Shown: piece after piece, positions 12,811 to 25,600 of the stretch | How positions within the stretch are numbered: the stretch's first letter is position 1 | How the letters are laid out: each line of letters begins with the position of its first letter | Assembly (NCBI GenBank): GCA_000708835.1 | Contig: DF237615.1 | Location: 1 to 45,889, forward strand | Source: Klebsormidium nitens | Taxonomy: Eukaryota; Plantae; Klebsormidiophyceae | Length of the DNA stretch: 45,889 nucleotides | Reading direction: 5' to 3' | Made by a program: the position numbers and the translations under genes | The notes under the pieces: model-generated | Databases searched by the model: none | What the model was told of the DNA's origin: nothing | What the model saw: the letters and a program-made list of their open reading frames with translations, nothing else

Positions 12811-15800
12811 TTAATCGCTCTGCTCAAACACCGCAGCAGCCCCCATTCCGGATCCGATGCACATGGACACCACTCCGTAACGGCAGCCCTTGCCTCTCTT
12901 CTTCATCTCGTGCAAAAGGGTCGCGACGCAGCGGGCGCCAGTGCAGCCCAGAGGGTGACCGAGAGCAATGGCTCCTCCGTTCACGTTTACCTTCTCCTCG
13001 TCCAAGTGGAGCTTGCGGCAGCAGTACGTGGCTTGGCTAGCGAAGGCCTGCAAAACCGCAAGAACGCCTTTGATTCACCATTTCCCGCCTAGAGAACAAG
13101 AACACAGAGCGCCGCAAAGCAAACCGCTTGCCGCTGAAACCTCGGCCCACAAGTATGTCGCAGTAAGGGTCCAAAGTTGTTCGTTTGAATCGAACGTGAT
13201 GCCACTCGCGGGCCCAAAGTAATAGGACTCTGGCCCGCCAAATACCAGACGCGCACGACAAAGGGCTCAAAGCACAGAGAAAGCGGACCCTATCGAAACT
13301 GGCCAAAGTGAACGTTGTACCGCCTTGAGAGCTGCGAAATTGCTACTACAAGTTCCCTGGCTTAATACAGTCCAGATCGCTTCAATGCCATCTTCAAAAC
13401 ACAATTGGGCTAGCATCAGGATCACCTGGCTAATCATGGCCGGAGAGCCACTGCAGAATCCATCACCGCCAGCTTTTAGTTAAGCGTTCTCGGATGCACG
13501 ACCGACCGCAATTTCACAACTCGCGTGTGCACGACAACGGCATTACCAAGGCACCAGTACTCAACGTAACAACGTATGACCAAAGCAATGAACGCACTGC
13601 AAGCTTTTATTTATAGGAGCTTGCACGGCTCGTAAGTTAAGGAAGGGACGACGATGTAGATCCACCAAAATACTCGTAATTGCTCTCACCTCGTTCAGCT
13701 CAAACAGGTCAATGTCGCGGATCTCGAGGCCCGCGGCTTCGACAGCGGCAGGGATAGCGACGGCGGGACCGACACCCATCACAGCAGGGTCAACTCCGAC
13801 AGCGGCGAAAGTCCTGCCAAGCAGAAAGCAGAGGTTCGTCTCCAGAGTAGGAAGGTTGACAAGAAGGATTGATCGACCCTGATGTTCACAGACTCGCGAA
13901 AGTCTAAAGGCTGGAAAGCACAAAAGGGCTCGACGTCAGGAACTTGGGCTGAAAGAGCCAGGCAAGCAAGCATGCTGACTTAGCGCCACTCAAGGAAGGC
14001 AAAATCTCGACATTGACTGGACGGTCGGATACTCGATTGAAACCAGGACCGATACAAGACAGATTGCCGGGATCCCATAATCCGTTGCTTTGAGCAACCA
14101 CGCCAATAGCCAACCCAAGCAACTTCATTAATTCAAAGGAGCTCCGAAACAGGTCTCTCCCCCATTTCACCAGTTCCGCTCACCTGAACGTCCCCAGGAT
14201 CGGCAATCCTCTGCGGTGCGCCTCCGACCGCTTCATCAGCAGAACTGCCGCCGCGCCGTCGGTGATCTGGCTCGAGTTGCCGGCGGTTGTGGATCCGTCC
14301 TTTTTGAACACGGCCTTCAGCTTGGCCAGACTGGCGGGGGTGACGCCCTCCCGCATGCCGTCGTCCCGTGAGATGGTGACGGGCTTCTCGTCACCGGTCT
14401 TCGGGTCGACGATCTGCAGGTTTTGCAGAAATGCCCTTCGAATTGGATTCCGATGACTCAACTGATTCCGAAGCTTAGTTTCTTCACCGATCTAAGAATG
14501 GAAAATGGAGCGTAAGTGAGTGGACGTTTGCGAGATGTCAACAGTGATCCATAAAACGGCTTCTCCAGATCGAATCGAGTAGCGCACGCCTCACGACGAA
14601 GACGAAAAGAGGTGGCTCTCGACAGGAGAAAAGTTTGTCGAATGAAGGTTTGAGCAGATGGACAGACTGTTGACGGTTGACCACTGTTGACGGTTGACCA
14701 CAGAGCACGGTTGACCACAGAACGAAGAAACCCTGTTCTACAAGTACGCAACTTCCACTTGAGCCGTAAATCGAGCATGGACAGTGCCTCTTGTGTACAA
14801 AAGGGCACGCAACACACAGTGAAGCGGACGAGCTTGCATGAAAGCAGACTACGTCCAGTAGAACGCTTCAGAATCTCAGAACGAGTGACAACGAGATCAG
14901 AACTTCTGCGCTTCCTACCTTCGTCGCCACCGGAATAACCTCGTCCACAAATCTGCCGGACTTCCAAGCTGCCACCGCGCGAGCATGAGAACGAGCCTGG
15001 AACAAGAACAAAAAAGTAGGGGTGAGCGACTTCGTATGAAATGGGCTTTAACCAACACCGAAGAACCAAGCTCAACCACGACCTGTCGTACAAGTGGAAT
15101 CTCGATGTCACATAGATGCCACGACGGCCTTGCTTCTCCGCCTGAAGAAGATGAACTTGCTTCCAAACACGGAGACAACCATCGAATCGGAAACCTTCAA
15201 AAGCTGACTATTGCAAGGTGACTTGGGCTGTCAACCTCGGCTCTCGAGTGAAGCGTCCGAGGGCGTTCGAAAACGACTAGGAAGCGACACTCACGGCCAT
15301 CTGGTCTTGGTCTGCTCTGGTGATGCCGTACCGCTCAGCCACGTTTTCAGAAGTCACACCCATAGGCAGGAGACAGTCTCTAGCCTTCAGGTTCTGCTCC
15401 ACCTGCAAAGCGATGGACCATCCCCCTTCAGGATTTGAACGAGGCAAGATCACCCCTTGGAATGGAAAAAGGTGGAGGCAAAAAGATCTCACTCACGGAA
15501 ATGGGGGCCTGGCAAGACACCGAGGACGAACGAGCTGTGAACCAATTAGCCGCGTCGACGTTTTTTTAAAGCATCCAAGTTGAGCTGAACCGTCTAGAAA
15601 CTCACTAATCCTCACCTGCGGGTTTACACTCCCCTCCCATGCCATGGGGTTCACAGACATGGCCTCGATTCCGGCGCCAATGCCTGCAAGTATATGCGAG
15701 CACGTAAGTTCATACATCAAGATATGTTCACGTCCGCAAAAGAAAGACCACAATAGCCGCATCAGAGCGAGAATAATTGGGTTCCGAAAATGAGTAGGAT

Positions 15801-17577
15801 AGTCTCCGGAGATCGAGCATCCTAAGAGAAAAGATTTCCTGTCCTCAAATTGCTGGAGACCCGAGAAGATCCACCTCCTGAGAGACAAACCAATCAGGAA
15901 AACCTGGCGGTGTGTGCTGCTTACCAATATCATAAAATCCGGCTTTGATTGCAGCTGCCACATCAGCCACTGCCTGAAGTCCTGATGAACATTGTCTGTT
16001 CACAGTCCTCACGGGAACCGTCTCTGCAGAGATAGACGGTGTCGTGAGCTACTTTGCATTTACTGTGTCTTTATAATCATCAATTGCAGTTGCTAAACAG
16101 CTGAAGCACACCTGAATTTTTATGGATAGCCAAAAAAGAACTTCAATCCACTTAAGCAGATGAATTAGAGGACTGACCAGCTCGAAAGCTGGTGAAACGC
16201 GTAGAACCCTTTTCATCTACTGCGATCCCTCCTGTTCTTTTTGCCACTTCACGCCTAATCTACATTCAATGCTGCCAAGCTTATATGAGTGTTTGATACA
16301 TACCTGGAAAGCCAGCAAAGAACGCTGCCATCCTGCACTCATTGGCACGCTGCGCCCCGGGGGCTAGAACACTGCCAACGACGATGTCACCAATGTCCTT
16401 GGGGTTGACGCCAGTCCTCTCCACAACAGCTTTCAAGACAGGCGCCAGGATATCATCAGGCAGGGTGTCCTTCAGACCGCCCCTCTTTGCTTTGCACATT
16501 GGGGTTCGGTAAGCCCTGGCAAGAAGAGGAATAAACAATTATATTATGTTGGCACATGAGCTGGATTATGTACTAGCAACTAGTGTACTTATAGTCGTGT
16601 TTTTTGCAGCATGTTGCCAATTCACATAGCATGCTGGTCACATCTTTCCCAGGGTTCTAGGGTTTCTTCTCAAAGCCTTCCACCAGCTGAGGATCATACG
16701 AACTCTATTGTTTTTCTTGAGGTCTGAGCTAGCAGTGTGAGGCCAGCGACACCGCTTTGGTCGTCTCAAACGCCGCTTTTCATGAGCTGTTCAGATGCTC
16801 CGTATCATCTGTCGTATTAGGAAGGGTCGATGATTCTTGGTCTCACTGGCCATAGCTTTTGAATGCACAGTCTCCTGGCGTTCAAGTACCTCAGAGTGAC
16901 CATGGATTTGCCAATCGAGACCTCTAAAGCTGGTGCTGAACTATCTGATGAGATCCTGACAGAACCTGCAATCAAGATGAGCCAAGCCAAAAAGAAAGTT
17001 GCCTTCACACATACCACCCTCCCAATTCCAACAAATGACACAGATTCTTGAAAAGACCTCTGGTTTCCAATCTGCAGCCGCTCTTCTGCCTGAACTTTCT
17101 GAAAGACATGACCTGCTGAATAAAAGCAAGGGTAAAAAACTTACGCAACAACAACGACATCGTCGCCAGAATCTCCAGCTCTTGTTGCGCAGGCTTCGCC
17201 CTACAAAAAAACAGGTGTTGCAAGATAAGCACCAGCTAAGAATAAGCCAAGAGGGAAATCTGAAGCCTCAAGTAGAACATGCTGCTGCAGCCTTGAAAGC
17301 AGGAAAGCTAGGAAGCATGATATCGAGACCACACCAGACTCATTCATAATTGAAATCCTGATGAGTAGCTTCCACCAGCAATCTGTGACATCATCCCCCT
17401 CAAAAACACCTGATTCAATTGACGGGCAAGACTGTGTCGCGCTGTTCAAACTGCTTCAAACCCCTATCAAACCAATAAAGAGAAATTCATCAGACTTACA
17501 GTGATCGAGGTCCCCTGTCCAGCTGCAGGCCGCAGATGATCAAGCAAGACCTTCTGGCGAAGCAGAGCGCGATCCAT
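12811..17577 (-). CDS. KAT2: Peroxisomal 3-ketoacyl-CoA thiolase (acetyl-CoA C-acyltransferase), 429 aa, 10 exons: 17500-17577, 17145-17200, 16304-16515, 15925-16023, 15616-15683, 15295-15402, 14919-14996, 14184-14413, 13690-13813, 12811-13047
   Basis: N-terminal PTS2 RQKVLLDHL (R-Q-x5-H-L). Catalytic motifs [17 protein letters not shown] and MCIGSGMG; also TTAGNSSQ. Exon lengths sum to 1290 nt with matching phases. The symbol indicates similarity to the plant KAT2/PED1 type, not proven orthology. Confidence 0.97.
14667..14717. repeat. 17-bp tandem repeat (CTGTTGACGGTTGACCA) x3 in a thiolase intron
   Basis: Units at 14667 and 14684 are identical; the unit at 14701 is degenerate (CAGAGCACGGTTGACCA). 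Confidence 0.85.
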
Positions 17578-19631
17578 CTTCGAGGTTTTGAAAGCTGCAA
17601 TCCTGGTGCCCAACCAGTAGCTTCAAGAACTTAGAAAGAGTCTGGTGCAAAACGCTCTCCCAATTAAAGCCGTCAATTCCAGCCGAAAAAAGATCAGCCT
17701 GATGCCAATGACAGCAGTGCCTGCTCAACGTGCAACTTTCCAAGAAAGAGCATTCTAGGTACCTAGTTTGAACGGAAGGCTAGAGTTGTTGTAGGTACTA
17801 AGCAGCCCTTCTTTCTTTTCCAGACTTGCAGCCGCCTTTCTTCTCCTGTCCAAGTCACAAGACCAAGCTGACCAGCTGCTGGCGCAGCCAGCTGATTCAG
17901 CAAAGCAGAAGGTTCCTCTAGTAGTCAAGCAATCCTACGAGCTTCGGAAGGGCTGCAGTGGAGCTCAGTGAGCTTTCATCGCAGAGGATATCTGCTGACT
18001 CATCGCTCGCGCAAGGGCGAAATGCAACTAGAGCGGGTCTCCAGGAAAGTTCCACCAGCTCTCTGAATTTTCCGATGCCGTCAATAAAGGTCCATCGGAC
18101 CGGTGCGCAATGCAAAATGCGTAATCTATAGGAGGCGTCGATACCGGATTGGGTCTTTATCGGACGGAGCTACATTGGGAAACAGAAGCGGCCAAAGCGG
18201 CGGCACATCGATTTATCGATCGTTTGATCAAACTTGAAACAGCGGCGGCGCACGGTTCGCTTCTTGTAGCATCAATCCTTGCAGAAGCAGACCTCAATAT
18301 AGACAGTACCAATATAGGAGAGTTGAGCGAATCTTCAGCCTAGCTGCAGGCTAGCTGGTGACCATGGGAAATGCCAGTGTCCAATTGCTGACCTCTTTAG
18401 GGGCTCTTTAGATTGGGTGTCTAGACCATTATATCCATGTCGGATCTCTAAATAAGCTCATTGGAAGGTTGGTTCTGGCCACCGCACGCTAGATAAGAAT
18501 ACCACCGAACGAGCTGCTTGCAAAAAGCCGTTCTTTCGGACAAAATTGACGTCAACTGAAACAATTTCGATCTGTAGCTTAACCGTGGCCCTTCAATGGG
18601 CATCATATGCAAGATACGTCTGGTCGTTCACGCGTACGGTACATGTTAAGTAGCGCGCTCCTTTCTGAGTTTCTATCCCGTTTATGTTGTGCATCATGAT
18701 ACAATGGAATTGTGACTCATGTTTTGAAAGCATTGTCCCAACTCTGATCACCGCATGTTCTCTGGCCCCAACGCCGGGCCTTCAGAAAACCTCTCTCCTT
18801 CTGAGAGTCGTTGGACGCATCAGAGCATGCAGCAAACGTATCCTGGCTGCCTCGAAAGTTCCGCATGTTACTTCTTCGCAACTCTTCTTGATTGTGTACC
18901 TCGACGCGGACGTTCGTCAAGGGCTTCAAATGTTGACACGTGCTCAATCAATGTGCCGGTCACTTCTTCGTCCCCTTTTGCAACTCGTATTCTGAGCTTC
19001 CTCCTCTCAAGGACCGTTATTTGCTGGCTTGATGTCGTAACCCACGCCTTCATCGACCCGTTACGAAGTTGACGCTTAAGCACATGGACTTGCAGCTTTG
19101 AACGTTTTCTGCCTGCGTATTGCTAACCTTCGAGCCTTATGCCCATTATGTCTCTGTCCTCCAATAAGATGCGCTTAGGAGGGCGTGTGCTGTCACGTGT
19201 CTCGCGGCAACATACACTGGACTGCTTATCGCGAAGCACGTGGCGTTTGCGAGGGAGTGGATGCTTTCAAGGTCATCTGGTCGCTCTGTCAGACATGTCC
19301 CACGACGTCCCCGTCAAACTCCATCAAAACGCCTTCGTTCAGCCCTCGACCTGCTGACCGTCTCCGGAGGAATTGAATTCGACTTCGAGGGCTCGTCTCT
19401 CCGGGATAGCGCATCTCCCTTCTTCCAGCAATTTCGAACCTCGAGTGACCCAGCCGTTCGCTGTAGAGTCCGTTTGCAGCAGGATGTTCCTTGGCCGGAA
19501 CAGCTGACACGAGCTCCCATCGCCCGCGGCCCGATGCGGTCTCCTGCTTATTGGGACTTGACCAACTAGTGTTCAGGCGACGGCCTTCAGAACAGAGCGG
19601 TTTGACGCCATCTGCAGCTTCATGGCGTCAG

Positions 19632-22600
19632 CTACGTCCACCGCACGTGCGGCTTTTCTGACGATTTCTCCTCCCCCTCCGATGGCTCACCCTCTGACTT
19701 TCTTCCGGTCGCTCCCCCCGCGCCCGGGGCCGCTACCCCGACCAGCTTCAGGCCATCCCGATCTAGTTCCTCCAGGCCCGGTATAGATCGCAGCATTTTC
19801 CGGTACCGCTCCTCCGCTCTCCGCTTCCGTTCCGCCTCTTCCAGGTCGCCCTCGATGAGTGTCAGTCGTCGCGCGCGGTGCAAAATGTTTTGCTTCTTGA
19901 AAACTACGAGATCACTCCTCGCCCCGACAATCGACGTGTCTTCTTCTTCCGGGGGGTTCCCCTCCTGCTCCGAATTTGAAGACGTCTCCCCGCCCTCCGC
20001 GTTCACATCCTGCGACACTCTGTCGTTGTTTGGAGACTGAGGCCGAAGCCCGGGGAATCCGTTTTGCGGCCCAGAAGAAGGGCTCTGGGGAACCGGCGGT
20101 ACCGGCCCCCCCGGACCGGGTACCAAAAGTACCACCGGGGAGACAAGCACCTTTCGTTTGGCGGCGAGCCAAACCGCGCGCGCATCTTCCGCTCCCGCTC
20201 CCTCTTCGTCCCCCTCCTCGATTGTTTCCGGCGCCCCCCGGTTGGCCCGCCTCTTGGGTTCCGCCATCGCGGCCGGAACGGCAGCCGTTCCGGTCGTGCT
20301 CAGCGAACTCTCGGCGGAACGGGCCGCCGTCTCTCTTTCGGCGAGCGCCACCGCTGCCGAGTACTCGCCGCTTCCGCTCCTACTCAGCCCGCCGGAATTC
20401 CGCAGGTCCTTCGAGGCTTTGCCAGCGGAACGCCGCGCGGTCTCCACGTGGCCGTCTCCCATTGACCGGCTCAGCTTGATGTCCGCTCTCATCTCTTCGA
20501 GGAGAACGCGCGCGGCCCATGCGCTGCTTCCGAAGTCGTCCGGCTTCTCGGCGGCCTGTTTTCCGCTAAAACTTTTGGAGGCGGCCTCGTAGAGGCGGTG
20601 GTTGAAAGGCGGGTAGTGCAGTGGTCCGTCCACTTGCGACTCGGTGCAGACGCGCGCGGCGAACTTCTCGAGCTGCGCGCGCGGGAGAGGCAGGATGGCA
20701 GCGGCCGCGACTGCGGAAGGGTTCGAGGATTTCGGGGTTTGAGGAAGGGTTTGTAGCTTCAAGAAGGCTCTGAGCTCATCGAGCTTGAATAACCGATTCG
20801 AGAACCAAGGAAGGTAAGTGGCACGAAGGGACGCATCTGCGGTTTGCTTCGGATCTCAAATCACATTGAGTGCGGGACTTACAAAGACACAACAAGAGCG
20901 TCACGCGCTTGTGCCTGCGCTTAAGTTAACAAAGATTGTAACGCGGCAGGATTTTGCGGCGACATGCTCTGCTCGAAGCAATCCTTGCCATCCAATGCTA
21001 GGCAAGGTGTCAGTAAGCAAAAGTTATACGAGAGCTTGCGCTCTTCAAAGAGTTTGGCAAGCTACTTTATGAAAAGATGGATCGTTTAGATTCCCAAGCG
21101 AAGGTTTTTGAAAAGTAAGATGGTCCAAAGACGATTCAAGTGCATTATGCTGAAACGCTTGCGGAGCAGAAGTTGCTGCGACTCACTTCCAGCGGCTATG
21201 TAGTTGCACACGGCTGCCGTCATGGCCGCCTTGTCGATCGCCTCTTTAGGATCTTTAGGCTTCTCCGGCAGCCTCTCCGAGGGCGGGATCCACTCTAGAG
21301 CTTCCATCAGCCGGTGGAACTCGGAAGCGCGCGCGTCCTTCTTGCGCGCGAGCGCGCGCGTCGCGCTCGCGCCCAGGCCTGGGTCGACGGGCACGTGCTC
21401 CAGCTGCCCCGCGACCTCAAGTAGCCGCTCTAGTTTCAGCTGCAGAAGCCGGAGGACTCTCGTGATGTCGACCGCGGTGTCCGGCGGAATTCCGCTCATC
21501 GGGCCCGGAACGTAGACGAGCCCGGACCCGACGTCGCTCTTCATACGGCGCAACGTCTTCTTCGAGTCCTCGTGGCTCGATGCAGAGTCCAGGTTGTCCA
21601 AACCCTCGCCGCCGAGGAGGCGCGCCGCGCCGTCGGTGGTCGCGAGCGCGGCCGCGATCATGCGGTGAAACGCTTGCCCGGGCGGCAGGCCGAACATTTC
21701 CGCGCTGAGCGCGGTCGGCCGCAAGTCGAGGGGCTTGGCGATGGGCGACGGCTCGACGGACTTTCCGGTGAAGAAGTCGACTCCGCTGAGGCTGATTCCG
21801 GCGGAATTGGCGACGATCTCAAGCGACGCTTGCACCTCTTGGACGCGGTATCGGATGGATTCGACGCCCTCGCGCATGCGCAGGTACGACAGCTCGCTGG
21901 CCAGCTGCTTCGACTCGAGCGCGTCGAATCTGGATGGGGCAATCAGCGTTTCGACGATAAACAGGTCCGTTGCACATAAACCCCATCGATCAGCAGTTGT
22001 TTGTTCCAAAAGACCGATGAACACTGGTTTAAGGCACCGATACACTGAACTACTCGACTTTGAAGGGTTAAGGAGACTCGTTTCAGCTTTTGGAAGTCCT
22101 TCGGGGCAAGGAAAGCGGATGACCTTTTTCAATGGGCTAAGCAGACGGGAAAAACTCCTAGGTTTGGCTTCGGGCAGTCTCTGGGGCTCGTGGATGCCTG
22201 ATGAAACGTTCACCTGCTTGCTTCCAATCGAGTCGACAACTGGAGGGCAAAAGCCAGAATTTGATTTACAATCTGCTGAAAGTGATGAATTGACTTACTC
22301 TTTCCATCGAAGCCGTGCACTGTACCCCTCTAGTTCGAAGTCTCCCAGCACCACCTTAAGGGCAGCGAACTCCGTCTGCGAAGATGATGAAGCTTTTTTA
22401 CCTCTGAGTGGATGCGGTAAAAAATTTCATCCGCTGCAACTCAATAACGGCTGGTTATATATTTCCAATACGGTTTCCCATTGCACGGATCGCTGAAGCG
22501 GTGCTTGCTTGGATCATGAATGTCATTGACGAAAACTTTACAGCAATTCGCGCGAATCCCCGACGGTCTTTCAAAAAAGCTGTCTGTGAGAAGAGTCAGA

Positions 22601-25600
22601 TCAGCTACAAGAAGAGTTCGAAGACGAGCTTAATTTGCGAACACCTTCCAAACGTTCCCAAAGCAGAGACACTCAATACGAGAAAAGCCCAGTCCTTTCG
22701 CGCCAGGAATCTACCTTGAGCGCGGCGATCCGCTCTTCCGCTCTCTCCTTTTCCGCTTTCCACTTCTCGACGCGCTCCTTGGGATCCTTAAAGTGGTTCA
22801 CCAGCTCGGTCACGTCCCTGAAAGAGAGGGTATGCGTCTGATTGCGTCCGAAACTGTCCGAAGTGCCCGGATACATCCTATGAATCCTCATTGCACAACC
22901 ATAAGCTGTCCGATGTGGACGAGTCGTATAACTTCAAAAAGCACACTCTTAACATCGTCCGATGTTTCCGAAAGAGTCGTATGAATCCAGGAGGCACGAC
23001 CAAGTCAATGTCACCGGCTCGGCCAAGGTTTTGCACAGAAGACAATTGACATTTGTCCAAAGGCGTCAGCTTGAGATTATGTGTCCAACTATGTCCAGAT
23101 TAGTACTGATTCCAGATCTTATGACTGGTTCGTATGGAATAACGGCTCGACCAGGACTCTGCAACACTAGCAAGGAATCGTTCAGACGCGTCTAAGCTGA
23201 AAGAAGTTCATCTAGGATTGTGTCCCCATTGTCAAGGGATGAATTCTTAGCACTCAAACCTTGATTAAAAATCTTTTGAGAAGTTGCTTCAGCTCCAACA
23301 CTAGGGCTGACACAGCGTTTGAAGGGACCCCGCATCCTAATAAAGTACATGTGTGCGCTCTTCGCGCAGCCTTACCAACGAGCCAAGGCTTTCCACAGCC
23401 TGAGGGCCCAGCAAGACTCATGTTTGTATAAAGAAGCTTTTCGCACTGCAGCCCAAGTACTTGAAATCCTGCGCCCCACAGCCTCGTCACATCCACGACG
23501 CGCTGAGTTACCGTTACAAATCCTTTCCGGATTTGTCAGATGTCAACAGAAAGGGTTCTGAAAAACCCGAAAGCGCGGCGCACCTGAGCCCCGTTGCGTC
23601 CACGATGCGCTGGAACGCGGCGCTCATCTTGATCAGCTGGATCTTGGTCTGGCCCTTCGCGAGCTCGTTCGCGAAGACCGCCTGGGTGGTCTTGATCGCG
23701 GCGTCCTTCGCGGCGACCAGGCTCTCCTCGCGCGCCTCCTGTGCGCGCGTGCGGCGGCGCGTCTCGGTCGCCACTTTGTCGGCCAGGAGCTTCCTCTGGC
23801 GGGCGCAAGGAAAGGTGTTTCAGCGCTATAAATATAAGGAGGAAGCCTTGAAAGATTCCAGATCTTGAGAGTTGAGGTGCAAGGACCGGGAAGGGGATTA
23901 CGTTCCATTTCAAGAAAGAAATAGAGCTTGGTCCAAAGACCTGAGGTTGCGCAAGCGGAAGTCAGGGCTTGTGCTCTGCGTTGACTAGAAACCCGCAGGA
24001 TTCACGTATTTTGGTGAGATAAGTAGCACGAGCAACCTCTCAGGAGTAGGTCTGCGATGCAAACTCGATCAGAGCAATTGTCTTCAGAGAAAAAACTTGC
24101 GATCTGACTATCACTCGGTAAGGAGGGACCCGAGTGCAAAACAACCCTCCGGATTCCTGAAGTGTCAGGCGCACCTGTGTTTCAATGCGCGCGCGCTCTT
24201 CCGCAAGCATTTCCTCCTGGTCCAGCCGTGCATCGATTATGCGCGCGCGTATCGCGGCCGCGTCGGCCTCCGCTTGCTCCTTTTGCACGTGGCTCTGCGG
24301 AGTAGCGGAAATGGGATGATGATTTACGTACTTTTAACATCGATGGGGAATCGGTGAAAGAACGCGGGGAGCAGCTTCGATGACGGATATTGTTCGGTCT
24401 GAGCTTTGTCCTGAAAGCTTATCAGTTGGGTTTCAAAATCAAAAGCGCGCCAAAGGGGTAGTACCGCTCACAAACGGGGATTTGCCAAACAAGACAGGCA
24501 TAAGAGGACCACTGACATTGCATACAGTTTCTAAATGTTCCTGTCCGCATCCAGGCCCACAGAAGCCCTTCAATCGCACTAGCGGTTTCTGTGTGGGTAC
24601 GTTTGAATCGTCTTTCAGCTGAAATCATCTTTCAAGTTTTCACGAGGTGCGGCGCCCTTGATTCTCGTGCGAAGAGGATGCGAAAAACCGGGTGAAAGTC
24701 TCCCGCCGACCCACGCAATTTTCAAAATGATGAGCACTTTGCTTCTGGTTCGGGGTTTAAACCCCTTTATGACCTCGATGAGCGCAAGGCACGATCCCGA
24801 AAGTAAGCGCAACTTTTCTCCGATGGCTTCCAGCGGGCATGGCTCGGCTGAATGGTGCTTTTGCCTATCCAGTTGTTCATCTCTTTCAGTAATCTACGTA
24901 AGTCATCCAAAATCATGGCCTGTCTATGTGGATTCGGGACTGGTACTTACACGCTCGATGCCTCCGATGAGCCTGAGGCACCCTCCCGATAACCTTAGAG
25001 GATCTGGCCCGCTTCCGTCTAAAGTGCTCAGGCACGTCCGCATTCTGACGAAACGCGCTTGACCATATCTCTTATTCGCCCTTTTTGAAGGATGAGGGGT
25101 TCTTCAACTCCTGACCTACATACTGTGATACTTACCCGCTTGATGTCTTCGATGAGCCCGAGGCAGGATCCCGAGAGCTTCTGGAATCTTGCTCGGATGC
25201 TTCCCAGCGTGGAGACGTCCGTCCGCATGCTGTCGTGCAGGCGGCGCATCATGACGTGCAGCCCCACCTTGTCCACCAGCACCGCCTCCTTGCGCAACGC
25301 GCACTCCTCTAGTTGCGCGCTCAGCAACTCAATCTCCTGGAAAGAGGAGGAGACACGCCATTCAATTCCTTTACTCAGAGTGCTGACTCAGCAGGCAGAC
25401 TCCTGTCTAGACAGAGTATGCGAGTGTGTGTCTTCGTGGAGTGCCGCCACGTGTTCATTAGCTCCGCCTCCTTGCCGGCCCCGCACCCCTCTGATTGCGC
25501 GCTCAGCGACTCCATGCCCTGAAGCAGCCCCGGATTTAATGAGCGTCTTCTTTGAATTCAGGGTTTCCTTTTAGTGCAGGTAAATAACTTCTGAAGTGTA

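Noticed and set aside
17600-19630. Several short ORFs on both strands between the thiolase start and the coiled-coil gene stop
   Set aside because: No recognisable motif or consistent exon chain. Part may be an alternative 3' exon of the coiled-coil gene, which cannot be resolved without transcripts.
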